Source of the DNA: Camelus ferus
Lineage: Eukaryota
Reading direction: 5' to 3'
Assembly (NCBI RefSeq): GCF_009834535.1
Contig: NC_045697.1
Coordinates: 82,400,001-82,464,000 of the forward strand
Length of the DNA: 64,000 nt
The notes below the pieces were generated by a model that saw only the letters and a list, made by a program, of their open reading frames with translations, had not been told where the DNA came from and did no database searches. Both the position numbers and the translations under genes were made by a program. Every line of letters begins with the position of its first letter. The first letter of the stretch is position 1. Shown in pieces: positions 1 to 14,270 of this stretch.

Positions 1-1344
1 ATCACAGCTGCCACCGCTGACACTCTCACCAGGTGTCAGTCTCCACATTTTCCCATAAGGTGAAACGTGTATAGCCAATCACAATTTCACCTTAGGAAAC
101 ACATTGTCTTAAAGCATGCTTTCATGATTTGATTGTTTCCTTCATGTACTGTTTGCATTCATACACACATGGATGTATATGTGTGTTATGTGTGTATTAT
201 GTTCTAAAGACTCTAATTTAATTTGTCAAACATGCATTTCTGCTCTCCCTCACTGTCCTCGCCCACTACACACATGCAGCCAACCTCCAGAGAAATGTGT
301 TTTCTTACATATGTAGTTCTTAAATATGAAGTAATGATTCAAATACCATTGTGTTTGGAGAAGCCCTGTTGAAAATCAAAGCAAAATTACTTTTGTCTAG
401 AGTTAACTCCAAATGTATCATAATATGTAAACATTTAGAAAGTCTGTTTTGTATTCACATAATTATAAATGTTAATTGTCAATATTGTGAGATTGTTAAC
501 CAAGGCATGAGTTTCAATTTCTCCTATCAGGAAATGGGGCATTCTAACCAAAGTAATTGTTTTAGAGTTGTTTTCATTTTTTAGTTCAGTGAATCTGCTA
601 AACTCTCTAACATTGTGGGGATTTTAAAATTACATTTGTTTCCAGGCTTTCTTGTATACAAAATATTGAAATATTCAAAATGTTTTTTTTCATTAGTAGA
701 AATTTTAAAAGTTTTACTTGTTCAAAAATTATGAAATGAAACAAAATGTTAAACTATTACTCTTAACTACTAGCATGAATTCAAACAACCCCCCCTATAA
801 AATTATTAAGGATAGTAACACAAATTATGTATTTAGTATTGAAACTTAATGTGTTGTTTGTAACAGATGAATTGTTTCTTTTTTCTTTTGTGGAATATTA
901 ATATAAAATACTTTTTTAGAGAAAGTAGCATTTTCTTCATAAAGTTGAATTGGTCATTCAGCTTCTATTTAGAAAATATTTGATGCATAATCTAGAAAAA
1001 TATTCAGTGTTTAATTTTGTCTGTTTAAATATATAAATGCATAAAAATTAATTGTATCTATATAGTAAAACAAAGTGGAAATTTTCAATTAGAGGGTCCA
1101 AGGTATTCTCCACATTTGCATAAGACAGATCTTAAAATTTCTTTGTGAGTCATTCAGTATCTAGTTTCCAGATTAAGTGGCCGTTTAATTTTACTGACAA
1201 AACTGAATAGAGGAAAAATAGAACAGAAAATGAATAGAACCTATGAAATAATTTATTCAAAATATTAACTTACTGCTTGCTGTTGAGTAAGAACTGATAT
1301 TAGTGGAAAAAGGCAATGGAGCGAGGATGATAATTGCCAACGAT

Positions 1345-2056
1345 AGGCAATACTTACTGGTATATATCATGTGTCAAGTAATGCATTTAATGCTTTGTAT
1401 TCTTTCTTTTACTAGTCATCTGTATTAGGTAAACACTTTAATTTTTAGCACTTTAGAGAGAAAAGCACTAAGGTTTAGAAAGTTTGAGTAACTTTCCGAA
1501 GGTGATTTAGCTGGTTAGTGGAAGTGGTGGGCTGAAAAATGTCCCTCCAAAGGATACACACCTCCCATTCCCTGGACTCTGTGAATGTGACTTTAACAAA
1601 AAGGAGGGCCTTTGCAGATGTATTACATAAAGGAGACTGGCATGGAGACTTTATCCTGAATTATCCCAAGTGCAATCACCCGTATCCTTATAAGAGGGAT
1701 GCAGAGAGGTATATTACACACTGACGCACAGAGGAATGTGTGATGTAACCACAAAGCAGAGACTGAAGTGATGTGACTGCAAGCCAAGGAGATCCAGCAG
1801 CCCCCCGAAGCTGGAAGATACAAGGAGCATATTCTCCCCTAGAACCTCCCCAGAGAGCACAGCCCTTCTGACACTACAGCTTCGGTCCAGTGATACTAAT
1901 TGTGGACTTCTGGTCTTCAGAGTTGTGAGAGAAAAAGCATTCTGTTGTTTTAAGGTTCCAAGGCTGTGGTAATGTTTTAGCACAGGTATAGAGAACTAAT
2001 AGATTTACTGAAATCAACCAGATATGTCTGTCTCCAGAATAGAGCTTTCAGTCACT
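1345..2056 (-). mobile_element. MIR SINE remnant split by an MLT1 LTR
   Basis: MIR-like core (..agcactaaggtttagaaagtttgagtaactttccgaaggtgatttagctggttagtgg) before 1525, resuming after 2002 (..caaccagatatgtctgtctccaga..). Confidence 0.55.
1525..2002 (+). mobile_element. MaLR LTR (MLT1B/C/D-like)
   Basis: Typical motifs: tgtgaatgtgac, ctttgcagatgt, tccttataagag, gcaagccaagga, attctcccctagaacct, tgttgttttaag, end ..aactaata. Confidence 0.85.
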
Positions 2057-3191
2057 GGCCAGAGCAGACCTATAAAGTATAAGCATAAAAAAGTATCAGG
2101 TTTTTTTTAGCACCAAAAGCTGGAAGGAAAAAAAGTTAAGTAGAAACTTATACTTTATATGTGAGTGTATAAATATATATCGTGTATGTATATGATAAAT
2201 TATAAACTTTAAAAGCCTTAAAGGTAATATCTTAATTTTACAGTTTATACGAACACATATACAAACACGTATGTTCATAAATATTATTTGGCTAATTCAA
2301 AGGAGGGGAATGTTTGTACATTTGTGTACCATCCATTTATTATACTATATTCCTGTAGATACAGTTAACGTTTATTGATAATTAAAACTAGTTTGAGTCT
2401 GTGTCATTCCCTCAGGAGACATACTTTCCTCCAGATTTGAATTTGTTCTACTGAAATTTTGAAATGTATCTTACTCTTCTCACTTTCATTCTTTCAGTCT
2501 CTTAAAAGATTATTTTACTTGATAACTGGATAATTTTTCCTTCATTCATGCTCTGTGGTTGAAGTCTATGCTTCATACACTATCCTCCCTTCCTGGTATC
2601 ATTTACGTTCAAAAATAAAGTCAGCCCTACTCTTCCAATATTCTACATCGATTTGTACAGTGTTTCTACAAATCAATGAGGTGAGCAAGACACCTCAGTT
2701 GTCTGTGTGAAACAGCTCTCTTGATGCACAAAAGCCAATATGCATTGAACTTTTGATGACACTAAAGCAATATAGACATAAAGGGTGAAAAAGAAAAGAG
2801 GTCATTCTAAAGGAAAATGAAAGTATTTGTAGAACACTGAGAACTATGGGGGCACTTTTTATAGAAAACATGTCTTCTTTTGCCAGTGCCTGTGTTTATT
2901 GCACCAAAGAGGTTATATAATGAAGCATCCTGAGGAAAGGAAATCCATCAAAAATTATACAAAACTGTCCCATTGCCACCATCACAACAATAACAACAAC
3001 ACATCACTTTTAAAACTTTTAGATGTCACACAGACTTATTTGAAGTGACAGGACCTGATGGAGGTCATACGAATAGAAGCATCTTGACACATGATATTTT
3101 ATGAGCTTAGTGTATGTGTAGTTTTGGATTCATTTTTTTAAATTGACTAAGTTCTTAGTTTTTTTTTTTTTTTTTTTTTTAATACTTTCAG

Positions 3192-3286
3192 AAGCTCCTG
3201 CTTTCATTATGAGGAGGACATATCCCTTAAAGAGAATTATGGAATCTGACCATCCTATCCAATTTAAAGACTGTGTTTCTTCTAAG
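3192..3286 (+). CDS. Internal coding exon (95 nt, phase 1 to phase 0) of an unidentified large-intron host gene; xAPAFIMRRTYPLKRIMESDHPIQFKDCVSSK
   Basis: Long poly-T tract 3159-3180 then aatactttcAG acceptor; consensus donor AAG|gtaagt at 3286/3287; only one of three frames is open across the exon. Confidence 0.8.
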
Positions 3287-6134
3287 GTAAGTGTCATTGT
3301 TTATTACTGACCTTTGTGCTGAGTGACCAACAGAAATGTGACAAACTTGATGGCAACTAAGAAGTGGGCAAAATAAAATCCAGTCAAAAGGCCTGGCATT
3401 CCTTGGAGTGTGTTCTGCTTCTCTGTAGAAACTTGTTTAATTTTGTGGGAATGCTTAGGTTGTTTGGAGCAGATGTTTGCCATTTATTCCAATGGAATTG
3501 AGCAGTAGGCAGAGTGGATACTATGACAAGGATGTGCTGAATAGCAGGTAGACCATTCTCTCAAATCACTAGTCTGTCCCCCAGCTGTCAAGTACACGTT
3601 CCAACATCAAGCCTGTTGGAATAGCTATGAGGTTGGTGATGGACAAGGATATAAAGTTGCTACCTTCCTATCTAAGATCAGAAGACATACTTTATGGATA
3701 CATGGATTCTGAAATTCCTTTGAAGTATTTGTTAGAAAAACTTAAACAAGGAATTGAAGCTTTATTTGAAACTGTCCTTGTGACTCTGGTTTAAATGCCT
3801 GGTAAGATCCCTGTAGAACATAATTTTTGTGGTTTAAGTGTAGGATGATCTTTGTGGACCTCTCATGCAATGGGGAGACAAGCATGGCCTTGTTTATTTT
3901 TTTTTTAAGCTGGAAAACATAACTGCAAAGTTTGGAGGCTCAGAAAGCCTATTTATCATGGTTCAGATTCCTAAGAGTGGGGAATGGAAATCTTTCAGAT
4001 TATATTTGTTTTAAAAGCATATATCTACTCAGAAAAATCTGCACTGCTATTTTACAAATCCTCTCTACTCCATTTACAAGAGTAATTGGGTTTGATACGT
4101 TACATATTGTAATGCACTGTTTTGTTAATATCTGAATTATGAAGTTTATGTTTCTAATTCTGTATCTGCTTGGTCTCTAGTCTGTCTTTGAAAAGTTATC
4201 TCAAAAGTACTACTAGCCTCAAAAAGTACCACAGACTGATTCAGACTTTTCTAGTAAAAGACCTTGTTAGGCCTATGGTTCCTAGATACAAGGCTCGAGA
4301 AGGAAAAAAGAGAGTAAAATAAAAGCCACTATGAGATTTATCCACATGAATTCAGTGAAGTGGCTGTAGGAGAGGAAGGTAAAGAAAAAGCGCTGTAGGT
4401 CTAATGGGTAAACCAGTAAAATACTCGTCTCCTCTTTCCAGTTGGTAAGAGTAGATGAAAAATGTGCATATAAGAACAATTAAAGTAAAAATTCTTAAGC
4501 ATTGAATAAAGCCAAATAAAATATACTTTTTACTATGTGCTGTTAATTTATTTAGTATTCAGAAGCACAGGATTGAGTTAATCAGACTAATGGCTTCACA
4601 ATAACAAAAATGTTATTTACTAATGATTTTTCTTTGTTAATTTATTGTGCTATTACCTTTGACTTTCATCCCTTGACCCTAGGACCATTTACATAAACGT
4701 TCATGTTTAAGGTTTAAATATGTTTTTTTTTAATCCACTGCCTGGGTTTATTTTCTTATATGTATGTTTATGACACTATGGACAATTAATTAATGTTTTC
4801 ATGTTTAGAAGCAGATTTTGCTATATACTTTTCTTGGTTTTTAAATTTAAATTCACATGTTTTTTGTATGTGTCCGAATTCAATATATACAAATAGTCCA
4901 TTTGTTCTAATCATGACAAAGTACCCTGTTACACACATATAACAAATACAATTTCACATTGTCCTCATAATAGATTTCTAGGTACCTTTCTGCTATTTGC
5001 TAAAATATATATATAGCAGTAGATATCCCTATGCATGTGTCCCATGCTCCTCTGAAAAATTTTTCTGGTGCTTAATTTTATCTTTTTGAAAACATGCCAA
5101 CATTTACACAGTTGAGCAGTTCTTTACTGGAAATTATGATATAATCAAATGTAGAAATAATGAAAAATAAGAGCAAGAAAGGAGGAAAAAAAAAGACTGG
5201 GTAGACAAACATGATGAGAAAATAGTAAAATAAGCCAACTCACTGATACGCTATTTGGAATTACCTAGAAAGAGAAACGGGAATATGTAAGTGAACAGTA
5301 GCTGCACAGAAAAAAAATCCCACATATTAAAGAAAAATAAGAGGGAAAATGTTAAAGGATGCCTATACATAAATAAAATAGGCAGTGAAGAATATGTTAG
5401 AAGGATAAAACAATTAAAATATAAGAAAAATTCAAAAACTTAAATAAATGTACCTAAGGAAATATGTTTTCGTCTATGAACTAATTGACATCAAAACAAT
5501 AAAAATTTCATAGGTTAAAACCAATACCCCAGAAAAAGAGTGGTGTTTCTCTTGAAAAAAAATTCTTGATGGGAAAAACAAAAACCTCATATACAGATTA
5601 GGTGTTATAAGAGATTTATTGCTAATTAGATTCAAATATGATGTTTGAAAGTCAAAATGTGTCAAAGTTTAATTTAGCAAAAGGAATATAATTTTTAGAA
5701 AGTCAAACTGTTGATAGAATTTTGAAATGAAATGTTAAAATGAACATTAGCATGAAACATTTCCATTATGCTAAAATGAAATAAGTAAATAATAAAAAAT
5801 GATAATAATTTGTTAGCTATACATAGTATCTTTTAGATTCAATAATATATTTAATATATAATGTACTTGTAATAAAATTAATGTATCAATATGTATTCTA
5901 TAAAAAACATTAACTCATGGGGCTATTGTAACATTATATCTCTATATAATACTATAATTTATATTAAGATTGATGAGAAAAATGATGCATTTCTCAAAAA
6001 AAGAAAAAAAATTATAAGTTTAGAAATATAGATAATATACCATTGTTTTATGTGTGTGTTTTATACACGTAAAACCTACCAAAATAGTAACAGTAGAAAA
6101 TTTATCGTAGTTAAGAATTGTTTGAGACATGTAG

Positions 6135-7020
6135 TGTTAAAAAAAAAAAAAAGTCTCTCAACCCAGAATACCTCCTACAAATGTAAAGGAGAGAGAAAAT
6201 AATTTTAAGATTGCATAAGCAGTTAACCAGAATGTGAAGCACATCACTGGCAACCGCTAAAGAGATTGGAAGACAGAAAGAAATCTCACTCTTGTATGCA
6301 GAAGTAGATCAAGTCATTACATACATATTCTCAAGAAAAACAATAATTAGTTCTCAACTAAGAGGACTTGACAGCACTATTTGTCAGACATAGTTCATCC
6401 TAAATTCACCTGGTAATTGGCGTGAACATCTATGTTAACTAATAGGCTTTATCCAAAAGAAAAATAAACTTCTTCTGATAGGAGTTAACTTTGCAACTTA
6501 GAACAAGGAGCTCACTGAAATTAGGCTCCTACCCTCCCACAGAAACTGATAGGGGCACTATCTTCTTTGATGTTAACAATTCAAAGAGATAATTTTCAGG
6601 TCACAGGTCCTAGAGAAAGTTATTCCTGGGTCTTAAAGCTGGTAAAAGGCATATTTAACTTTTAAAAAGATTTATACACATATCAAACAGAGAAAAAAAA
6701 CTTCCAATTTTAAAGTAAATATTCTAATAAAATAGAGGGAAAGGACGTCTCTTTCCTTATTTTTTTTTTTTTAATTGAAGTATGGTTGATTTACAATGTT
6801 GTGTTTCTGGTGACAGCATAGTGATTCATTATAGCTATATATGTGTGTGTGTGTGTGTTTGTTTTCATATTCTTTTTCATTATAGGCCATTACAAGTTAC
6901 TGAATATAGTTCCCTGTGCTATACAGTAATTCCTTATTGTTTAGCTGTTTGATATATAGTAGTTAGTTTCTTATTTTCAACAAAGAGAATTAAACCTTTT
7001 GTTTTTAATTTGTACTTGCC
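6135..7020 (-). mobile_element. Old solo ERV LTR (MER-class), interrupted by an L1 3' fragment
   Basis: Starts tgttaaa..; sequence resembles eutherian ERV1-type LTRs (accagaatgtga..gacagaaagaaatctcac..aagaggacttgacagcac). Confidence 0.55.
6760..6965 (-). mobile_element. Short 5'-truncated L1 3' UTR
   Basis: poly-T + aattgaagtatggttgatttacaatgttgtg..tgaatatagttccctgtgctatacagta; near-identical tttc(c)ttatttt on both sides. Confidence 0.8.
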
Positions 7021-7607
7021 GTTAGGGAATCTATATTGAGTAGATAGAAAATTTATTTTCTTTGGAAATTTGTACTATACATTTAAACTATACAGAAGAA
7101 AGATTACTATGCCTTTCTAGATGTATAAATACAATTATCAAATTGTGAAATCAAATGAGATCATAGGAAAACCATTTAAACCTAAATTATTTAAAAATTT
7201 AGTAAAATATATAAATTATATCCTCATTATATTTATTTCATATTTATTAGATACATTATATATAAATATATATTGAAAAATATATTTTTGATAAGACAAA
7301 ACATTAAAGGTTACATTCTCTTTTTTTCTGAAAGAAAACCACCCATAGTCCATATTTACTTAGAATTTCATATACTTCAAGAAATCAGAGCTAGTGTTTG
7401 TAATTCAAAATATTAAGACTAACATAAACCTATTAAACCAGATTTAAGCTTGAAATAGAGTTATAATCTTCAGTCCTTTTTACTGAGAGAAAATTTTCAC
7501 ATTAAAGTTTCACACTTCTTAGATACATACTACTGGTTGCTTAAAAATTTCAACCCATTTTTCATTCTACGACATCAACAGTAACAATGGTTTTAAAAAT
7601 AGCCTTG

Positions 7608-8721
7608 GTACTTGCAAATGATGAGACTGACAAGGGCTTAATTTCTAAAGTATACAAACAGTTCATACAACTTAGTAACAGAAAGGAAAACAAACAACCT
7701 AATCCAAAAATGAGCAGAAGACCTAACAAACAAGTTCTCTAATGAAGACATACAAATGGTCATGAAAAAATGGTCAGTATTGCTAATTATCAGAGAAATG
7801 CAAGTCAAAACTACAATGAGGTGTCACACCAGGCAAAATGGTCATCATTAAAGAGTCTACAAAAGATAAATGCTGGAGAGGGGGTGAAGAAAAGGGAACC
7901 CTCCTAAACTTTTGGTTGGAATGTAGTTTGGTGCAGCCATTATGGAAAATAGTATGGAAATTCCTTAAAAAAACTAAAAATAGACTTACAATATGATCCA
8001 GCAATCCCACTTTGGGACATATATCCAGAGGAAGCTCTAATTCAAAAAGACACCTGCACCCCAATGTTCACAGCAGCATACTATATACACACATACACAC
8101 ACACACACACAATTATACAATAGCCAAGACAAGCAGTATACAATATATACAATTATATATACTATAATATATATACACACACACACACAATAACCAAGAC
8201 GTGGAAGCAACCTAAATGTCCATCAGAAGATGACTGGATAAATGAGTTGTGGTGTATATATATACAATGGAATAATACTCACTCAGCCATGTAAAAAGAA
8301 TAAAATAATGTCATCTGCAGCAATAAGGAATGACCTGGAGATTGTCATTCTAAGTGAAGTAAGCCAAAAAGGGAAAGAAAAATACTGTATGATATCACTT
8401 ATATTTGAAATCTAAAGCAATGACAAATGAACTTATTTACAAAGCAGAAACAGACACACAGACATAGAAAACAAACTTTTGGTTACCAGGGGAAAATGAA
8501 GGTGGGAATGGATAAATTGGCAGTTTGAGATCTACAGATACTGACTACTATATATAAAATAGATAAACAACAAGTTTCTTCTGTATAGCACAGAGGAATT
8601 ATATTAAATATCTTGAAGTAATCTATAATGAAAAAGAATATGAAAAGGAGTATATGTATGGCAGAAACATTATACTGTACACCAGATATTTACACAACAT
8701 TGTAATTTGACTACAATTAAA
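7608..8721 (+). mobile_element. 5'-truncated lineage-specific L1 (ORF2 end + 3' UTR) with 13-bp TSD
   Basis: L1 ORF2 C-terminal/3'UTR motifs (atgatccagcaatcccact, ggaagcaacctaaatgtccatc); TSD aaaaatagccttg at 7595-7607 and 8722-8734; TTTT/AAAA endonuclease site. Confidence 0.92.
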
Positions 8722-8979
8722 AAAAATAGCCTTGAATTTTGGTGTCTGTAGATGTGTAACAAGCACAGCATACTGTGAAACCTCTTCTATTGCTGACTCA
8801 CTTTAATAGAGAAAGACATTTTTATCACCTGTCAGGCCTGAATTGGACATGATTTTTTTTTAAAGTTGTATATTTGGAAAATGCTCTAAATTTTCACTGA
8901 AATCATTTTGCAAATGATCCTTTCTCTTGGATCATAGATAACAATGTCCAAATTATGACCTAGATTTATTGAACATTTT

Positions 8980-10070
8980 TTTGTTTTTTATTAATGAAAC
9001 ATTTTTAGTAAGGTCTTACTTAAATACGACAAAGTTGACCACATGTACATTTGATGAATTTTGGAAACTCTCTCTAAAGATGTACCCACCAACAGCACAA
9101 GTGAGATACAGACAAATTCCATCTTCCTAAAAAGCTTCCTCCCACCTCTTTGCTGTGTATCCTGCCTCCCACGCCTGCTGCCAGGAAAGACTGCTCTGCT
9201 GTCTGTCACTATCATTTTTCCCTTTTATATAATTTTATATAAGTGAAATTATACTGTCCTTCATATTTTACCACTTTCAGTTAAATGTAACATCTAAGAT
9301 TCAGCTAGGTCTTTTTGTGTTTCTTTTCCCCCCTTTTCATCACAACATAATTTCCTATAGTATGTTTAGCCACATTTTTTTTTTTTCCATTCATTGGTAG
9401 ATGGGCATATGGGTTGTTTGCAGTGTTGAGTTATTATAAATAAAGCTGCTATGAATATTCACACACACATCTATGTGAACATATATTTTTGTTTCTCTTT
9501 AATGAGTTCCCAAGAGTAGAATTACTGATTGTACAGCAAGTGTTTGTTTTACTTTAAATGACATAGCCATATTGTTTCTAAAAGTGACTAACATTTTGGA
9601 TACTTACCAGAATTGTATGAGAGTTCCACTTACTTTCCATATTCACCAAACCTGAGGATTTTTACTTTAGCTATTTTAATGTAAGTATTTGTAGTTGCAT
9701 TTCATTATCACTCTAATTTGTATTTTTCTGATGGCTAGTAATGGTTAGCATCTTTTCACATGAAAAATTACTACTGTTTATCTTCCTTTGTGAAGTGTCT
9801 GTACGCACCTTGCTGATGTTTTAATTGGATTGTCTTGTTATTATTTGTGAGTTGTAAGAGCTCTTTACGTATCTTGTATAGAAACCCATTGTTGGATACT
9901 AAGATTTTCTTCCAGTCTGTATCTTGCTTTTCTGTTTCTTTAGCTATGTCTTTCAAAAAGCAAATGTGTTTTTGTTGATTAAATGTATTTTATTAATTTT
10001 TTTAATTTCACTTTTTGTGTTTTCAAACAAATCTTAGCCCAACCTAATTCTGAAATATTTTCTCCTAGGT
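8980..10070 (-). mobile_element. Old L1 (L1M-type) 3' region
   Basis: aataaagctgctatgaatatt, tgtatgagagttcca, tgtgaagtgtctgt; ORF 9771..9956 is L1 ORF2-like (DWKKIL..HFTKEDKQ). Confidence 0.8.
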
Positions 10071-10193
10071 TTGTATCTTCCACACTAATATAAGCATATG
10101 AGACTAAAGATACTAGAAGGTTTAAAAAAAAAACAAATTCCTTTTTATGTCAAGCTTTTTCTATTTTGGACATTTTTAGGTAAGTCCAAAATA

Positions 10194-10244
10194 CTTTAAG
10201 TAGAATTCTTTCCTAAAAGAATTCTTTAAGTAGAATTCTTTCCT
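10194..10244. repeat. Local tandem duplication, 30-bp period
   Basis: ctttaagtagaattctttcct at 10194-10214 and 10224-10244. Confidence 0.85.
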
Positions 10245-11049
10245 TTTAAGAAAAGGCAGTGTATTGAATTAAACATATTGCCAATAGTCCTAATCAAAAG
10301 TGGCAATTTTTGCATGTTATTTTTTTAAAGTAAGTTTTGACTATTTATAATCATGGTCTTATAATTACAAAAAAATATATATTCCTAGTATAGCTCCCTT
10401 TGGGAATTGTGTTAGCCAGGGTAAAATGATGAGAACTTTATAATGCAGAGAGAGTGAATAATGATATACAATTACTTAGAATTATTTGACATGGAAAAAG
10501 AGCATTAATAAAAATTCTGGGGTTGGTGAGCACTATCTCATTTGCCTATAATTTCTTTGTCCGGAAATTTTCTATAGTGCTGTGACATATTCTTAAAGGT
10601 CTCTATAAATAAACTCTACCTTAAAATATGCATACCATTACATTACACATATGATGTCACATAAGGCATTTGTCACTGGGAATTTATTTGGTGGTTTCTT
10701 TTTCCTACATTTATTGTGACTTAGCTCTTTTAAGAAATGCTACCTTAATTTTCTTCCAGATGCATTTATGATCCCTAAATAGATATGACAGTATATCTCA
10801 CAACAAGATAGCTTTCAGATTTGTTCAGTACCATTTTTACATCGATACAAACTGAAATTTCTTGAAATTAGTCATTTATTCCTAAATTGTGGACATTTTG
10901 TCATTATCAAGTCTTATAATTACCTATGTATTCCTTACAGAGATGTAGTTTAATATATAGGACATTTTAAAATTGTGAATACTTAATAATAAAGATGAAG
11001 AAATGAGAACAAGTACAGGAAGAATTTCCTCGTCCTCACTGGTGGATGG

Positions 11050-11615
11050 TAAACTCATGTCCATATTTGTAGCTAATTGCATTTTCTAGGGATGGCCTTG
11101 TATCCCTTCTCACATACTGTTCTGACAATGTTACTGGCACTCTTCCACCCAGGTGGTAGGATCTGTGTTCCCCTCTTGCATCTGGGTTGAGATGGTGTCT
11201 GCTTGTCTCCATAGATAATGGTAGAAGCAAATTCTATGTGATTTTAATGCTAGATCTTAAAAATGTTACAGATTCTATGTGGATTTCTCCATCAGGTTAC
11301 ATGGCCATGGAAACCAGTCACTGTGCTGTGGAGAGGCCTGAACCAGCACAGTTGGAGAGACCACATGGACAAGCACAGTGGACAGGAACTGAGGCTCTTA
11401 GCAGACAGCCAGGATCAACCACCAGATTTGTGAGTAAATTATTCTTCAAAAGATTCCAGGCCCCAGTTTCTGGGGTTTCCTGCCACCGACACAATGGAAC
11501 AGAGACAAGCTGTCACTGCTGTGCCCTGTTTGAAGTCCTGACAACAGAGTCAATGGTGGTTTTGTGCCAGTAAGTTTTATATTAATTTACTATATAGCAC
11601 TGGATAACTGGAATT
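11050..11615 (+). mobile_element. MaLR LTR (MLT1F/G/H-like)
   Basis: tcccctcttgcatctgggttg, gaaaccagtcactgtgctgtggagaggcc, ggagagaccacatgga, end tagcactggataactggaat. Confidence 0.75.
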
Positions 11616-14019
11616 TTATTGAATATTTTTAAGGAAGTGGGTTACGTCTTGGAATAATAAACACACTAGATCAGAGATTTCTTTTTTTACTGTTCACGAG
11701 ACTTGGCCATAAAGTTTAGTTTATGTCTATGTATTGGTAGGCTTTGTCTCACTAAATAGGATAAGCCATTTAATTCAATTTCATTACACTGAACAGTTGT
11801 TCTAAATCGGTCTCAGTAGTAGAGCAACCAAAAAGAAATAAGATTGTATGTGCCATAGAAAAGAGTTTAGGGTTTAGAACCACCAAGAGTTTGCCATCTC
11901 TGATCACATGAGCTCATAAATGGGACCACGAGTAAAGGTCTTAACACTCGGCAGAGGTTATAGTTGTTCTGACTGGCACGTCCTTCTTGTTTCAGTGCTT
12001 TACTGATATCACCGATCCCCTCTGATTTTGATTAGTAGGAATCAGTGGTAGTCAAGTCACAGTCCAGGGGCCTGAAATCATGACTTCCCCGGGAGAGAAT
12101 GGCTGCTCTGTGGAAGCAAATTCCGTGTAACCAGAAAGGGGGAAGAAAGGAATGGGGAGTTGATCCGTCTTTGTTCTTTCAATGGGTCAACCTATTTTGG
12201 TCTTACTGTACCTTGAGTGGGAAAGTGAAGATATGCACAGACTAGTTCAAAATCTCCCTTGCACAAAGAGCATAGTGGAAAAACGTGAATTTTTGAAGCC
12301 ACAGAGAAACAATCTTTGTTTTTCATGGTATAATTTTGTGACTCAGGGCCATTTATTTCACATATCTGAAAGTGAATTTGCATTTTTCTTCAATGCAGTT
12401 AGTAAACCAGTCATACTGAGATGTTGAGTAATAAATGAGATTGTAAATGTAAAATGCCAGCATAGTACAAAACTCAACTCAATATATTTAAAAAATAAAA
12501 GATCGAATGAAACAGCTGCAAATGATAACCCAAGGTGTACTCATTTCCTCTTCTCTTAGCATCTTTCCTTCTCCCTGGGAGATCTCATCTAGTCCCATGT
12601 CTTCAAGCATCATCTCTATGGTAAATGTATGCCTGCATCTCAGAATTATCAGACAAAACTAAGAGAGCATGCTGGAAACAAGGATGCTCTGTCGTAACTG
12701 AATAGGAAAAGGAGGGAAGAGAAAGAAACTTGGACATAAAAAAGATAAAGGACTCCAGTGTCTCTCAAATGGGGCTTTGGAAAGACAAAATTCTGGACCT
12801 GAAAAAGATAGTGTTTTAAGTTACGGAGCAAGAGTTTCAAAGGGCGCAGTCAGTGGGTTTGTGTTAGAATAGAGAAGCATTATGTTACAGTAGGGAGAGG
12901 AAACAGCACCATAAGTAGGAGAATGCCAGGGGGACCATTGTTGGCAATGGGAAATGGTGCTGAAGTAAAACGGGGGTGTGAAGCCTGGTGACTTTAGTAC
13001 TGGGGATCCTGAGACACTGGTGAGTATTCATGACTGACGGTGCTCAGCGAAGGGCTGCGGGCTTTGGGTGACTCTCTAGTGTGGGTTGGTGGTGCTTTTC
13101 ACTTTGTTCGCGGGGGTGGGTACTCACAGCCGCAGGCAGCACAGTCTGGCCGTAAGAACTTAGGGGCTTGGCACACAGAGTTCAGGTGCTCGCATGCATA
13201 AGCTGTGTTGTATGCCACATGCAGACGAGTGGCAGAGTACAGTCTTCTTAACTTGAGAACAATCCACAGATTACGACAATTTAGCGCCGAATTTAGCTTG
13301 AGTATCTAATTTGTTTTGCAGACAGAATAAACGCAATTGTTCTTTATGGATTGTTTTACGGGTAGAACTGAAGCCCAGCCTATGGAAGATGGCAGAATTT
13401 GACGTGACGCTCATTAGCATAGGTGGCTTCACCATCCTGTTGCAGAGAGTTAATGTGGAAAAGGGAGCAAATGACAGCTGAAAACTCGGAGATTATGGTG
13501 CTGATCACACCTAGTAATGGTTGGTGGTGCAGTGGGAGAGAAGGAGGTGGGGAAGGTCAGGTGGGAGACCCTGAAGTGGAACTTTAGATCTTGCAGGAGA
13601 GGGTGAGTCAAGAACTTTAAAAATATTGTCACTTTTTTTTTTTTAATCTTAGTCTGATGTGGAGTCAGAAACATGGTAACATCAACAAATGTTTGAGTTT
13701 CCATTTAATTTCTAAGAGTTACGACCCGTCTTATAGTTTCTGTTTATGTATTTTTTCATGCTAGTTTCTTCCCTTTCCGTAGTCATTCTTTTTCCATTAA
13801 ACTCCTGCAATAGAAGGTAAAACATTTTCCTTTTGCAGTGAATGTTTTCTTTTTATTAAAAGCTTTCTTAAAATTTTCCCATTCTAACTGTTTCCAATTT
13901 GCATTTTAATCTACCTCCTTTCAATTTTTCATAGCTAATATTTTAGGTTGTTTTAAATTGTTTTCAAATAATTTCTGTGTTGTGTGTGTGTTTCTGATAG
14001 AGCAGGAATTTCTCAACTC

Positions 14020-14270
14020 TGGCTATCCACTGGGGGTGGCATATCTGTGAGTGGTACTCAAGTTTCATCCTCAGATGTATGATTAACTTAGGAGAGCTAA
14101 TTTCTGAGAGTTTTTTTTAAAGCTCCACTAAGTGGTCTTAATATGATTTTAATGTACAGTGTTGAGAAACATTGAATTAGACTATTTTCATTTCTGAGAG
14201 TTTTACAGGCCCCCTAAGTGACTTTAATGTGGCTTTAATGTACAGATAGGGGTAAGAATCATTCAGCTAG
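14020..14270. mobile_element. hAT-Charlie (MER5-like) remnant with a duplicated end
   Basis: caggaatttctcaactctggct start; two imperfect copies of atttctgagagtttt..ctaagtg..tttaatgtacag..gagaa(a/t)catt at ~14100-14175 and ~14190-14265. Confidence 0.5.

Noticed and set aside
11187..11573. 128-aa ORF
   Set aside because: Lies wholly within an MLT1 LTR.
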